Positions 1 through 9,010 of a DNA stretch of 44,237 nt are shown here, one piece after another (positions within the stretch are counted from its first letter, which is position 1; each line of letters opens with the position of its first letter). The translations under genes were made by a program, and so were the position numbers. The notes under the pieces are model-generated. The model had not been told where the DNA came from and did no database searches. It saw only the letters and a list, made by a program, of their open reading frames with translations. Origin of the DNA: Steroidobacteraceae bacterium (lineage in GTDB: Bacteria; Pseudomonadota; Gammaproteobacteria; Steroidobacterales; Steroidobacteraceae). The stretch lies in contig JBEKOK010000011.1 in the NCBI GenBank assembly GCA_049521875.1, forward strand, positions 1 through 44,237, in the 5' to 3' direction.

Positions 1-266
1 CCCGCAAAGCGCGCCGAGCGCACACCGGGTGCCCCCGCGAGTGCGTCGACTTCGAGGCCCGAGTCGTCCGCCAACGCGGGCAGCGTGCTGCGAGCCGCGG
101 CATGACGCGCCTTGAGCAGCGCGTTCTCGACAAAGCTGCTGCCGGTCTCCTCAATGCTCTCGATCCCTAAGGTGCTCTGCAGCAGCAGCTCGATGCCATG
201 AGGGGCCAGCAAGGCGGCAAACTCACGCTGCTTGCCGGAATTGGCGCTCGCCAGAACGATCTTCAT
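1..266 (-). CDS. rdgB: dITP/XTP pyrophosphatase RdgB (Ham1 family), N-terminal part. The 3' end runs off the window.
   Basis: Absent from the ORF track because there is no stop codon in the window. Minus-strand translation from the ATG at 266-264 reads [31 protein letters not shown]...[42 protein letters not shown]. This is the canonical RdgB N-terminus (ASxNxGK, DDSGLxVDALxGxPGVxSAR). It lies 17 nt downstream of rph, matching the conserved rph-rdgB pair. Confidence 0.85.
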   Translation of the reverse strand, partial: MKIVLASANSGKQREFAALLAPHGIELLLQSTLGIESIEETGSSFVENALLKARHAAARSTLPALADDSGLEVDALAGAPGVRSARFA

Positions 267-283
267 CGGCGCCACGGCACGGC

Positions 284-1006
284 TCAGCCAGCGAGCACCT
301 GGGACTGCAGCGCGCACAGCTCGCCGATGCCAGCGGCAGCGAGGTTCAGCAAGGCATCGAGTTCGTGGCGGCGGAACGCATGGCCTTCAGCGGTGCCCTG
401 CACCTCGATGAAGCCACCGGCGTTGTTCATCACCACGTTCATGTCGGTCTCGGCCTCCGAGTCTTCGCTGTAGTTCAGATCGATCACCGGCACGCCGCCC
501 ACGATGCCCACGGACACCGCAGCGACCTGCCCATGCAGCGGACTCGCGTTGAGCAGGCGCCGCGTGCGCAGCGTCTCGCAGGCATCGGCGAGCGCGACGT
601 AGGCGCCGGTGATCGCGGCCGTGCGCGTGCCACCATCGGCCTGCAGCACATCGCAGTCGAGCGTCACGGTCCGCTCCCCGAGCGCAGCCAGATCCACGAC
701 CGCGCGCAGCGAGCGGCCGATCAGGCGCTGGATCTCCTGCGTGCGGCCGGTCTGCTTGCCGCGCGCCGCTTCACGCGCCGAGCGCGTGTGTGTAGCGCGC
801 GGCAACATGCCGTACTCGGCCGTGATCCAGCCCTGGCCTTTGCCGCGCAGAAACCCAGGCACGCCATCTTCGATGCTCGCCGTGCACAGCACGCGGGTCT
901 GGCCGAACTCGACCAGCACCGAACCTTCCGGGTGCTCGGTATAGCGACGGGTAAAGCGGACCGCGCGCAGCGCATCAGCGGCGCGGCCATCAGGACGCTG
1001 GGACAT
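284..1006 (-). CDS. rph: Ribonuclease PH
   Basis: 240-aa ORF. It starts [35 protein letters not shown] and contains [19 protein letters not shown] and [18 protein letters not shown], which are full-length RNase PH hallmarks. Confidence 0.95.
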   Translation of the reverse strand: MSQRPDGRAADALRAVRFTRRYTEHPEGSVLVEFGQTRVLCTASIEDGVPGFLRGKGQGWITAEYGMLPRATHTRSAREAARGKQTGRTQEIQRLIGRSLRAVVDLAALGERTVTLDCDVLQADGGTRTAAITGAYVALADACETLRTRRLLNASPLHGQVAAVSVGIVGGVPVIDLNYSEDSEAETDMNVVMNNAGGFIEVQGTAEGHAFRRHELDALLNLAAAGIGELCALQSQVLAG

Positions 1007-1012
1007 GTGGGT

Positions 1013-1756
1013 TTACTCCAGAAAACGCAGGACGGCCGAAGAAGTGTTGTCACTGCCGGCGCCGCCGTGGGCTACGGCGCGCTCGCTCAGGCGCTTCAGG
1101 GCCTCGAACAGGATGGTATCAGGGGCCGCAAAGGCCGCGGCAATGCTCGCATCATCCAGATTGGCCCACAGGCCATCGGTGCATACCAGCAGTATGTCGC
1201 CGGCTTGCAGGGGCTGGCGGCGACTCAGGCTCATCTCGGGCACCAGCGCCTCACCCCCCAAGCACGATTCGACGAAGTTGCGCATCGGGTGGGTCTGCAG
1301 CTGATCGGGCGAGATCACGCCTTCACGCACCAGCACTTCGACGTGGCTGTGATCGCGCGTGCGGGTCAGCACGCGTCCCTGGCGCAGATGATAGATGCGG
1401 CTGTCGCCGACATGGGCCCAGTAGGCCGAGCGCTGCTGCACCAGGCACACGGCGCAGGTCGCACGCGGCCGGGTCTCAAGCGGCATGCCGACACCGGTCG
1501 CGACGACCTTTTGGTGCGCGGCACCGAGAACCAGGTGCAGGAATCCGAGCGGATCAAACAAGGGCTGGGTCGTTTGATTGAAGCGCTCGGTCAGCAGCGC
1601 CTGCGCCAATACCGCGGCGCGCTCGCCCTCGGCATGTCCGCCCATGCCATCGCAGGCAATCAGCAACGCCGCCTGATCGGAGACCACCACGGAGACGCGA
1701 TCCTGATTTGTCTCGCGCGCGCCGAGCAAAGAGACTTGTGCGTGTTCGACCCGCAA
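1013..1756 (-). CDS. PP2C/PPM-family serine/threonine protein phosphatase
   Basis: 247-aa ORF with PPM motifs: RETNQDR, ACDGMGGHAEGE, HVGDSRIY, VCTDGLW and a C-terminal SDNTSAV. Its stop codon lies only 6 nt upstream of the rph start codon, so it is probably co-transcribed with rph-rdgB. Confidence 0.85.
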   Translation of the reverse strand: MRVEHAQVSLLGARETNQDRVSVVVSDQAALLIACDGMGGHAEGERAAVLAQALLTERFNQTTQPLFDPLGFLHLVLGAAHQKVVATGVGMPLETRPRATCAVCLVQQRSAYWAHVGDSRIYHLRQGRVLTRTRDHSHVEVLVREGVISPDQLQTHPMRNFVESCLGGEALVPEMSLSRRQPLQAGDILLVCTDGLWANLDDASIAAAFAAPDTILFEALKRLSERAVAHGGAGSDNTSSAVLRFLE

Positions 1757-1883
1757 GCGAGCTCCAGATCATTCGGTTAAACTTGCGGCGTCTTATATCA
1801 CCACGCAGAACTCCAAGTCAGTACGTATACGATCGCCTGTGACTTAATCAGGCGCGTGAATCTCCGCTTTCGGCAGGTCGTTT

Positions 1884-2750
1884 ATGGTTTCAAGCATGAC
1901 CGGTTTTTCGCGCCAGGAGCTCAATGGCGCCGAAGGCACACTGGTGTGCGAGATCCGCAGCGTCAACCACCGATTCCTTGAAGCCTCGCTGCGCCTGCCC
2001 GAGAGCTGCCGCGCGCTCGAATCCGAGCTGCGGCAGACCCTGACCCGGGAGCTGCGACGTGGCAAGGTCGACTGCGCGATCCAGCACCGCGCACCGAGTG
2101 GCGCAGCGGCCGGCCTCGACATTGATGCCGAGGCGCTGGCCGGGCTCCTCGGCCGCGCCCGTGAGCTGGCAGCTGCGCTCCCCGGTACCGCCCAGATCAA
2201 CGTGCTCGATCTGCTGCGCTGGCCGGGCGTGCTGCGCGAGCAGCAAGGCGACAACGAGCTGTTACTGGCTGCGGTACGCAAGCTGTTCGCCGCGACAGTG
2301 AACGAGCTGGTGGCGGCGCGTGCGCGCGAAGGCCAGCGACTTGCCGAGCTGATCACCCAGCGCTGCCAGGCACTGAGCGCGCTGCTCGAGCAGGTGCGCA
2401 CGCGTCTGCCCGAGATTCACCTGCGGGTTCGCTCGCGCCTGGAAGAGCGTCTGCGCGAGCTCGGTGGCGAGCTGAATCAGGAGCGGCTCGAGCAGGAGAT
2501 CGTGCTGCTGCTGCAGCGACTCGACGTGGCCGAGGAACTTGATCGCTTAGGTGGTCACCTGGAAGAGACCAGCCGCGTACTGGCTGCGCCCGAAGCGGCC
2601 GATCGCCGGCTCGATTTTCTGCTGCAGGAGTTTAATCGTGAGGCCAACACGCTCGCCTCCAAGTCCCAGGATCTGGAGACCACGCGCATCGCCGTAGAAA
2701 TGAAAGTGCTGATCGAGCAGATGCGCGAGCAGGTACAGAATATCGAGTAG
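1884..2750 (+). CDS. yicC: YicC-family stress-induced protein (putative endoribonuclease)
   Basis: 288-aa ORF. The N-terminus MVSSMTGFSRQ...EIRSVNHRFLE parallels E. coli YicC (MIRSMTAY...MRSVNQRYLE, recalled from memory). The C-terminus carries LDFLLQEFNREANTLASKS. It is divergent from the PP2C-rph-rdgB genes. Confidence 0.9.
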   Translation: MVSSMTGFSRQELNGAEGTLVCEIRSVNHRFLEASLRLPESCRALESELRQTLTRELRRGKVDCAIQHRAPSGAAAGLDIDAEALAGLLGRARELAAALPGTAQINVLDLLRWPGVLREQQGDNELLLAAVRKLFAATVNELVAARAREGQRLAELITQRCQALSALLEQVRTRLPEIHLRVRSRLEERLRELGGELNQERLEQEIVLLLQRLDVAEELDRLGGHLEETSRVLAAPEAADRRLDFLLQEFNREANTLASKSQDLETTRIAVEMKVLIEQMREQVQNIE

Positions 2751-2856
2751 CCACCAGGGTGGCGTAGCCTGGTCTGGCGACGGCTCTCATTTCTCGATGA
2801 CAGAGACGATTATTGGCCATGGACGTCCCGAGTCGCGTGCGCCAAAGTTGTTGTTG

Positions 2857-3405
2857 ATGCCTGGACTTATTGCCACTGACCGAATCGCCCGCTCCATTCT
2901 CATCTTGCGCGGCCAGCGGGTATTACGGGATGCCGAACGTGCGGGGCCTCTATGGGGTTCCCACTGAGCGATTTAACGAGCAGGTTCGTCGGAATCGCAA
3001 GCGTTTTCCTGTTGATTTCATGTTTCAACTCACGGCCGCCGAGGCGAGTTCTTTAAGGCCGCAAAATGCGACCTTAAGGAGCGGTCGTGGCCAGCACCGC
3101 AAGTACCTTCCGTAGGTCTTCACCGAACACGGCGCAATCATGGCCGCCACGATTCTCAACAGCCCCGTGCCATAGAGATGAGCGTCTACGGGGTGCGCGC
3201 CTTCGTGCTCTTGCGCGAACTGCTGACTTCGAACAAGGAATTGGGCCGTCGCTTCGCGCAGCTCGAAACACCGCTTGAAAAGAAGCTCGCCACCCACGAC
3301 GAAGCCATCGCCGCAATCCTTTCAGCCATCCGCCAGCTGATGCAGCCCGCCGTGCCCCATCGCAGGCCTATCGGTTTCACCGCGGAGCTCCGTGAGAGAC
3401 CCTAA
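2857..3405 (+). pseudogene. Decayed ORF6N-domain (KilA-N / antirepressor-like) gene with two frameshifts and one in-frame stop
   Basis: Family-typical sequence is spread over three frames.
- From the ATG at 2857: MPGLIATDRIARSILILRGQRVLRDAE.
- Frame shifts by 1 nt near 2944-2948 into LYGVPTERFNEQVRRNRKRFPVDFMFQLT...RSGRGQHRKYLP.
- A TAG at 3113-3115 sits where the family has Tyr (LP-Y-xFTEHG). The reading continues VFTEHGAIMAATILNS.
- A 1-nt loss in the C-run 3163-3166 shifts into PRAIEMSVYGVRAFVLLRELL...AIRQLM, ending at 3405.
The track shows only the two fragments 2870-3115 and 3178-3405. Confidence 0.8.
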
Positions 3406-3616
3406 CGAGCCTGCAGAAACCGCTTCGTGCTGGCGCTTCGGCAGCCCCGCGCTCACGCTGATAACGAAGCAACAACCTGGCAAACAATGTAGATTAATCG
3501 GAGGATTGCGGCATATTGATGCGTGGCACTAAGTGCGGGCGCGAGCAGAACATCCGATGATCGACGACGGGCTCCAGTGCCTCACGCCCGCAAGAAATCA
3601 ACCGCTGCACCATCCC

Positions 3617-5218
3617 ATGAAAACCTCCGAATCGCCCCCCGCCACCACCTTCGCCGAGCTCGGCCTGAGCGACCCGGTATTGCTGGCACTGGCTGCGGTC
3701 GGCTATGAAGCGCCCTCGCCGATCCAGGCTGCGACGATTCCGGCGCTACTGGCGGGCAACGATGTGCTGGGCCAGGCACAAACCGGAACCGGCAAGACGG
3801 CGGCGTTTGCGCTGCCAATCCTCTCGCGCCTGGATCTGAAGCAGCGCGATCCGCAGGCGCTGGTGCTGGTACCGACGCGCGAGCTGGCAATTCAGGTCGC
3901 CGAAGCCTTCAAGAAGTACGCTGGGCAGCTGACCGGTTTCCACGTGCTGCCGATCTATGGCGGGCAGAGCTACACGCCGCAGCTGCAGGCGCTCAAGCGT
4001 GGCGCCCACGTCATTGTCGGCACGCCGGGCCGCGTAATGGATCATCTTGATCGCGGCGCCTTGAGCCTCAAGGGCATCCGCTTCGTGGTGCTCGATGAGG
4101 CCGATGAAATGCTGGCGATGGGCTTCGTCGATGCGATGGACACAATCCTCGGCAAGGTTCCGCCGGAACGGCAGGTCGCCCTGTTCTCCGCCACGATGGC
4201 GCCGGCGATCAAGCGCATCGCCCAGCGCCATCTGCGCGAGCCGCGCGAAATCACGATCCGCGGCAAGACCTCGACCGGCACCCTGACGCGGCAGCGCTAC
4301 TGGCTGGTCAGCGGACTGCATAAGCTCGATGCGCTGACCCGCATCCTCGAGGTCATGAGCTTCGATGGCATGTTGGTCTTTGCACGCACCAAACTGGCAA
4401 CGGTGGAACTTGCCGAGCGCCTTACCGATGTCGCGGCGCGCGGCCTGGATGTGGAGCGCATCAGCCACGTAGTTAATTTTGATGTGCCCCTCGACACCGA
4501 GTCCTACATTCATCGCATTGGCCGTACCGGCCGTGCGGGCCGAAGCGGTGAAGCGATCCTGTTCATCGCGCCGCGCGAGCGCGGCATGCTGCACCTGATC
4601 GAACGCGCTACGCGCCAGCCCATCGAGCAGATGGATCTGCCGACGATTGCCGATGTCAATGCGACCCGTGTCGCCAAGTTCAAGCAGCGTGTGGCCAAGA
4701 CACTGGAGCAGGGTTTTCCCGATATCTATCGCGGCGTGGTCGAGGAGCTGGTGCAGGAGACGGGGTCTGCAATGGCCGACGTCGCCGCGGCACTGGCGAT
4801 GCTGGCGCAAGGCAAGGCGCCCTTGCTGCTCGGCGAGCGGCAGGAACATCAGGAATCACGTGCGCCAGATTCCAGAGGAGCGCGCGGCAGTGCGCGCGAA
4901 CGTGCCGAGCCGGATGAGGCTGCACGCCGTCCGCGCTCCGGCCGCTTCGCGCCGCAGGACACTTACCGGCTGGAAGTCGGCCGGCTACACGGCGTGCAAG
5001 CGGGAAATATTGTCGGCGCGATCGCCAACGAGGCCGGACTCGATGGCTCGGAGATCAACGGCATCAAGGTGCGCGAAGACCACACGCTGGTGCGCCTGCC
5101 CACGGGCATGCCGCCGGAGATTCTCAAGCGTCTGGCGGGCGTGCAGGTGCGGGGCCGGCCGCTCGCAATCACGCTGCTCGAGCAGCGCTCAGCGCCTCCG
5201 AAGCGTAAGCGTCCCTGA
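3617..5218 (+). CDS. deaD: DEAD-box ATP-dependent RNA helicase (DeaD/CsdA-like, with a DbpA-type C-terminal RNA-binding domain), carrying an internal in-frame gap in RecA domain 2
   Basis: Motifs present: Q-motif (FAELGL...PSPIQ), I (AQTGTGKT), Ia (PTRELA), TPGR, II (DEAD), III (SAT), V (TDVAARGLD) and VI ([10 protein letters not shown]). The C-terminal [26 protein letters not shown] is the DbpA/DeaD RRM-like domain. I chose the start at the ATG at 3617 ([17 protein letters not shown]); the track ORF extends to 3533, which is probably leader. See the finding on the missing segment at 4423/4424. Confidence 0.85.
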   Translation: [533 protein letters not shown]

Positions 5219-5440
5219 GCCGCGCCGGCTGCCCGATCGGATTCAGCGGCGATACTGATCCGGCGTCGCGGTTGCTTATTTCCGCCCGCTCGGAAATCGC
5301 CTCCTTTAGGATGGCGCCCCTGAAGGCCTGAGGCTCCCCGGGGGTGAGTTTCCAAGCACAGAGCAGCGATTTGCCGCTGGCCGCTGCTCCCGCAGCAGGT
5401 TACAACGGCGGCCCATGGCCTTCGAAAAAGCAGGACCCTG

Positions 5441-6064
5441 ATGATCGATACGGATCCGAGCCATCTCTATGTGATCTCCGCGCCCTCGGGCGCTGGCAAG
5501 ACCAGCCTGGTGCGTGCCCTGCTGCAGGCGCGGCCACGGCTGGTGGTCTCGGTATCGCATACGACCCGGGCGCAACGACCCGGCGAGGTGGAGGGTGAGT
5601 CTTATTTCTTCGTGAGCGTCGAGCGCTTTGAGGCCCTGATTCGCGACGGCGCTTTCCTTGAATACGCCCGGGTGTTTGATAACTACTATGGTACCGGGCG
5701 CGCCCAGGTCGACCAGCGGCTGCATCAGGGCCGGGACGTGGTGCTCGAGATCGACTGGCAAGGAGCCCAGCAGGTGCGCCGCGCCCAGCCAGCCTGTATC
5801 AGCATCTTCATTCTGCCGCCCTCGCGCCAGGTGCTGGAGCAGCGCCTGCGCAACCGGGCAACCGACAGCGAGGCGGTCATCCAGCGCCGGCTCGCGGATG
5901 CCGCGACCGATATGTCGCACTGCCCCGAGTTTGACTATGCGATCGTCAACGACTCCTTTGATCAGGCACTTAGCGATCTCGGGAGCATCCTGGACGGCGC
6001 GGGTGAGCGCTTGCGCGCCAGCCGGCCGGCCCTGGGGCCCCTGCTCGCCATGCTGGTGGCGTAG
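5441..6064 (+). CDS. gmk: Guanylate kinase
   Basis: 207-aa ORF with [20 protein letters not shown] (P-loop), [23 protein letters not shown] and LEIDWQGA. Confidence 0.95.
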   Translation: MIDTDPSHLYVISAPSGAGKTSLVRALLQARPRLVVSVSHTTRAQRPGEVEGESYFFVSVERFEALIRDGAFLEYARVFDNYYGTGRAQVDQRLHQGRDVVLEIDWQGAQQVRRAQPACISIFILPPSRQVLEQRLRNRATDSEAVIQRRLADAATDMSHCPEFDYAIVNDSFDQALSDLGSILDGAGERLRASRPALGPLLAMLVA

Positions 6065-6130
6065 CAGGCGCCGTTTGCCGTAGACTTGCAGGTTCGTCCT
6101 CCTTGAATTACTTAGGAAATTAGCACTGCC

Positions 6131-6409
6131 ATGGCCAGGGTAACTGTCGAAGACTGTCTCAAGAATGTAGATAACCTCTTTCAGCTGGTGCTGCTGGCCT
6201 CACAGCGCGCCCGTCGCCTGGCCAACGGTGCCGAAGCCACGATACCGGTCGACAACGACAAGCCGACGGTGCTGGCGCTGCGTGAAATTGCCGCCGGCAA
6301 CATCACGCCCGAGATGCTCAAGGAGCCCGAGCCTGCGCCCGAGCCGGTGATGGTCGAGGCGGAGAACGAATCCACCTTCCGCGCACCACAGTTCGGGCTC
6401 GGAGACTAA
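6131..6409 (+). CDS. rpoZ: DNA-directed RNA polymerase subunit omega
   Basis: 92-aa ORF starting [30 protein letters not shown]. It sits in the conserved gmk-rpoZ-spoT position. Confidence 0.95.
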   Translation: MARVTVEDCLKNVDNLFQLVLLASQRARRLANGAEATIPVDNDKPTVLALREIAAGNITPEMLKEPEPAPEPVMVEAENESTFRAPQFGLGD

Positions 6410-6443
6410 ACCGGCCCCGAGGTATTCCTTACACGAGCCCGCA

Positions 6444-8630
6444 ATGGACTATGCGTCGTCGCTTCTGGGTCTGCTGCCCGGCACCCGACGCACTCCGGGG
6501 CTGAAGGAATTACTGGCGACGGCCGACAAGTATCTGCCGGCCGACCAGGTCGAGAGAATCCGCGAGGCGGCCGAATTCGGGGCCGCGGCCCATCAGGGCC
6601 AGAAGCGCCTTTCCGGCGAACCCTACATCAGCCATCCGGTCGCAGCGGCCGAGATCCTGGCCGAGCTGCGCCTCGATGCCGACACGATCGTTGCGGCGAT
6701 CCTGCACGATGTCATCGAAGACACCCCGATTGCCAAGGAAGACATCGCCCAGCGCTTTGGCAAGGATGTCGCCGAGATCGTCGATGGCGTGACCAAGCTC
6801 GATCAGATCCGCTTCAAGAATCGCGAGGAAGCGCAGGCCGAGAGCTTCCGCAAGATGCTGCTGGCGATGGTGCGGGACCTGCGTGTCATCCTGGTCAAGC
6901 TCGCCGATCGCACCCACAACCTGCGTACCATCGACAGCCTCGCACCGGCCAAGCGCCGCCTGATGGCGCGCGAGACGCTCGACATCTACGCGCCGGTGGC
7001 CGAGCGACTCGGCCTCTATAGCATCAAGCTCGAGCTCGAGGACCTGGGTTTTCGCACGCTCTATCCGCATCGCTACCGGGTGCTTGAGCGCACGCTCAAG
7101 CGCGCGCGCGGCAACCAGAAGGAATTTCTCACCAAGATCCAGAAGCAGTTCGAGGCCGCCCTGACCAAGGGTGGCATCGAAGGCCAGGTCGAGGGCCGCG
7201 AGAAGCACCTTTACAGCATCTATCGCAAGATGCTGCGCAAGCGTGCACCGCTGTCCGACATCGTCGATGTGTATGGCCTGCGGATCATCGTCGTCGACGT
7301 CGACACCACCTACCGTGCGCTCGGCGTCGTACACAGTGTCTACAAACCGATGCCGGGCCGCTTCAAGGACTATGTCGCGATCCCGCGCGTCAACGGCTAC
7401 CAGTCACTGCACACGACGCTGTTCGGACCCAACGGCGTGCCGATCGAGGTGCAGATCCGCACCGCCGACATGGACCAGGTGGCGGAATCCGGCATCGCGG
7501 CCCACTGGAAATACAAGGAAGATGCCAGCGAAGGGTCGGCGCAGCAGGAGCGTGCCCGCGCGTGGCTCTCGCATCTGGTCGGGATGCACGAGGGCGGCAA
7601 CTCCGAGGAGTTCATCGAAAGCGTCAAGGTCGACCTGTTTCCCGACAAGGTTTACGTGTTCACGCCGCGTGGCGAGATCCTGCGGCTGCCGCGCGGCGCG
7701 ACCGTGGTGGATTTTGCGTATGCGGTGCACACCGATGTCGGCAACCGCTGCGTCGCCGCCAAGATCGATCGCCGCCTGACGCCGCTCCGTACGGTGCTGC
7801 GCAACGGCCAGACGGTGCAGATCATCACCGCCAAGGGCGCGACGCCGAACCCGGCCTGGGTCAACTTCGTCGTCTCGGCCAAGGCGCGCACCTCGATCCG
7901 CCACTACCTCAAGGGCCTGCGCCAGGGCGAAGCGGTCGATCTGGGGCGCCGGCTGCTGACGCAGGCGCTGGCCGAGTTCCACCTCAAGCCCGATGCGATC
8001 GATCCGGCGGCGATGAGTGCCGCGCTGGTGGAGTTCGGGCTCAAGGGAGCCGATGAGCTGTACGAGAAGATTGGCCTTGGCGAACGGCTTGCGCCGCTGG
8101 TCGCGCGCCGGCTGCTGCCCGGCGATGCGGCCCCGGAACTGCCCGCGACCGTCGCGCCGCTGACGGTAGCCGGTACCGAAGGCCTGCTGGTCTCCTACGC
8201 GCACTGCTGCTATCCGATTCCGGGCGATCCGATCATCGCCTTCCTCAGCAGCGGCCGCGGCATCGTGATTCACCGCGACGGCTGCGCAAACGCCGAGGAT
8301 TACCACAAGCATCCGGACAAATGGTTGCCGGTGAACTGGCAGCAGACCGCGGGCCGCCATTTCCAGAGCGAGATCCGCATCTACGTGACTAACCGCGTCG
8401 GCGTGCTGGCAGCGTTGTCGGCCGCGCTCGCGGCAACCCAGACCAATATCAGCCAGGTACAGGTCGAGCAGCGCGACGAGGAGAGCTCGGTGATGTGCTT
8501 CGTGCTCGATGTGCGCGATCGCGAGCACCTGGCCAGCGTCATACGCGTTGTTCGTCGCATGGACGATGTCGAGCGCGTCGTGCGTACAATTGCTACCCAC
8601 ACCCGCCGGAGGGATCAGAGTTCGCCATGA
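6444..8630 (+). CDS. spoT: Bifunctional (p)ppGpp synthetase/hydrolase (RSH family, SpoT-type)
   Basis: 728-aa ORF. It has an HD hydrolase domain (HPVAAAEIL...HDVIEDT), a synthetase domain (YRKM...RIIV...[19 protein letters not shown]) and TGS and ACT-like C-terminal regions. Confidence 0.95.
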   Translation: MDYASSLLGLLPGTRRTPGLKELLATADKYLPADQVERIREAAEFGAAAHQGQKRLSGEPYISHPVAAAEILAELRLDADTIVAAILHDVIEDTPIAKEDIAQRFGKDVAEIVDGVTKLDQIRFKNREEAQAESFRKMLLAMVRDLRVILVKLADRTHNLRTIDSLAPAKRRLMARETLDIYAPVAERLGLYSIKLELEDLGFRTLYPHRYRVLERTLKRARGNQKEFLTKIQKQFEAALTKGGIEGQVEGREKHLYSIYRKMLRKRAPLSDIVDVYGLRIIVVDVDTTYRALGVVHSVYKPMPGRFKDYVAIPRVNGYQSLHTTLFGPNGVPIEVQIRTADMDQVAESGIAAHWKYKEDASEGSAQQERARAWLSHLVGMHEGGNSEEFIESVKVDLFPDKVYVFTPRGEILRLPRGATVVDFAYAVHTDVGNRCVAAKIDRRLTPLRTVLRNGQTVQIITAKGATPNPAWVNFVVSAKARTSIRHYLKGLRQGEAVDLGRRLLTQALAEFHLKPDAIDPAAMSAALVEFGLKGADELYEKIGLGERLAPLVARRLLPGDAAPELPATVAPLTVAGTEGLLVSYAHCCYPIPGDPIIAFLSSGRGIVIHRDGCANAEDYHKHPDKWLPVNWQQTAGRHFQSEIRIYVTNRVGVLAALSAALAATQTNISQVQVEQRDEESSVMCFVLDVRDREHLASVIRVVRRMDDVERVVRTIATHTRRRDQSSP

Positions 8631-9010
8631 CCCGTACCATCATCAAGACCAGCCACGCGCCCGGAGCGATCGGCACCTACTCCCAGGCCGTGCGCGTGGG
8701 CGATACCGTCTATATCTCCGGACAGATCCCGCTCGATCCGGCCACCGGGCAACTTATCAGCGGGGATATCGAGGCAGAGATCCGCCGCGTGTTCGAGAAC
8801 CTCAAGGCGATCGCGACCGCCGCTGGCGGCTCGCTCGCCGATGCCGTGAAGGTGAGCGTATTCCTGACGGATCTTGGCTGCTTTGCACAGGTCAACCAGA
8901 TCATGGCGCAGTATTTCTCCGAGCCTTATCCGGCGCGCGCGGCGGTCGGGGTCGCCTCCCTGCCGCGCGGCGCGCGGGTCGAGATGGAGTGCATACTGTC
9001 GCTCGGCTGA
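8627..9010 (+). CDS. ridA: RidA/YjgF-family reactive enamine/imine deaminase
   Basis: Starts [38 protein letters not shown] and ends [22 protein letters not shown]. Its ATG overlaps the spoT stop codon (ATGA at 8627-8630). Confidence 0.9.
   Translation: MTRTIIKTSHAPGAIGTYSQAVRVGDTVYISGQIPLDPATGQLISGDIEAEIRRVFENLKAIATAAGGSLADAVKVSVFLTDLGCFAQVNQIMAQYFSEPYPARAAVGVASLPRGARVEMECILSLG

Noticed and set aside
365-1780. 471-aa plus-strand ORF spanning the rph and PP2C loci
   Set aside because: It is antisense to two genes with unmistakable family motifs. Its translation is Arg/Ala/Gly/His-rich low-complexity sequence typical of shadow ORFs in high-G+C DNA.
2750-2763. GCCACCAGGGTGGC palindrome overlapping the last base of the yicC stop codon, as a possible terminator
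   Set aside because: At best it forms a 5-bp stem with a 4-nt loop, and there is no downstream T-tract. That is too weak to call an intrinsic terminator.
3523-3595. Two similar-looking segments in the helicase leader (GGCACTAAGTGCGGGCG and AGTGCCTCACGCCCGC) that first looked like a long hairpin
   Set aside because: On checking, the second segment is roughly the complement, not the reverse complement, of the first. The sub-pairings (GGCACT/AGTGCC and TGCGGGCG/CGCCCGCA) would cross each other. I cannot support a defined structure without folding or covariation analysis.
5278-5297. Hairpin ATTTCCG-CCCGCT-CGGAAAT, 60 nt after the helicase stop codon
   Set aside because: It has a 7-bp A/T-containing stem without a following U-run (CGCCTCCTTTAGG). 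It might be a weak terminator or processing site, but the sequence alone does not justify a feature call.
7404-8600. 398-aa minus-strand ORF inside spoT, plus similar long antisense ORFs at 3746-4849, 6510-7334, 15995-17401, 17211-18419, 21060-22391, 28083-29114 and 29723-30574
   Set aside because: Each lies opposite a confidently identified gene (deaD, spoT, bioF/H/C, ctaD, SURF1, ctaA). Each has Arg/Ala/Gly/Pro/His-dominated composition and no recognisable motifs. These are the expected stop-codon-poor artefacts of high-G+C sequence.
8509-8988. N-terminal 160-aa extension of the recG ORF in the track
   Set aside because: It overlaps the spoT 3' end and all of ridA in another frame. RecG homology begins only around 9010-9080. 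A start at 8989 or 9007 gives the canonical length.
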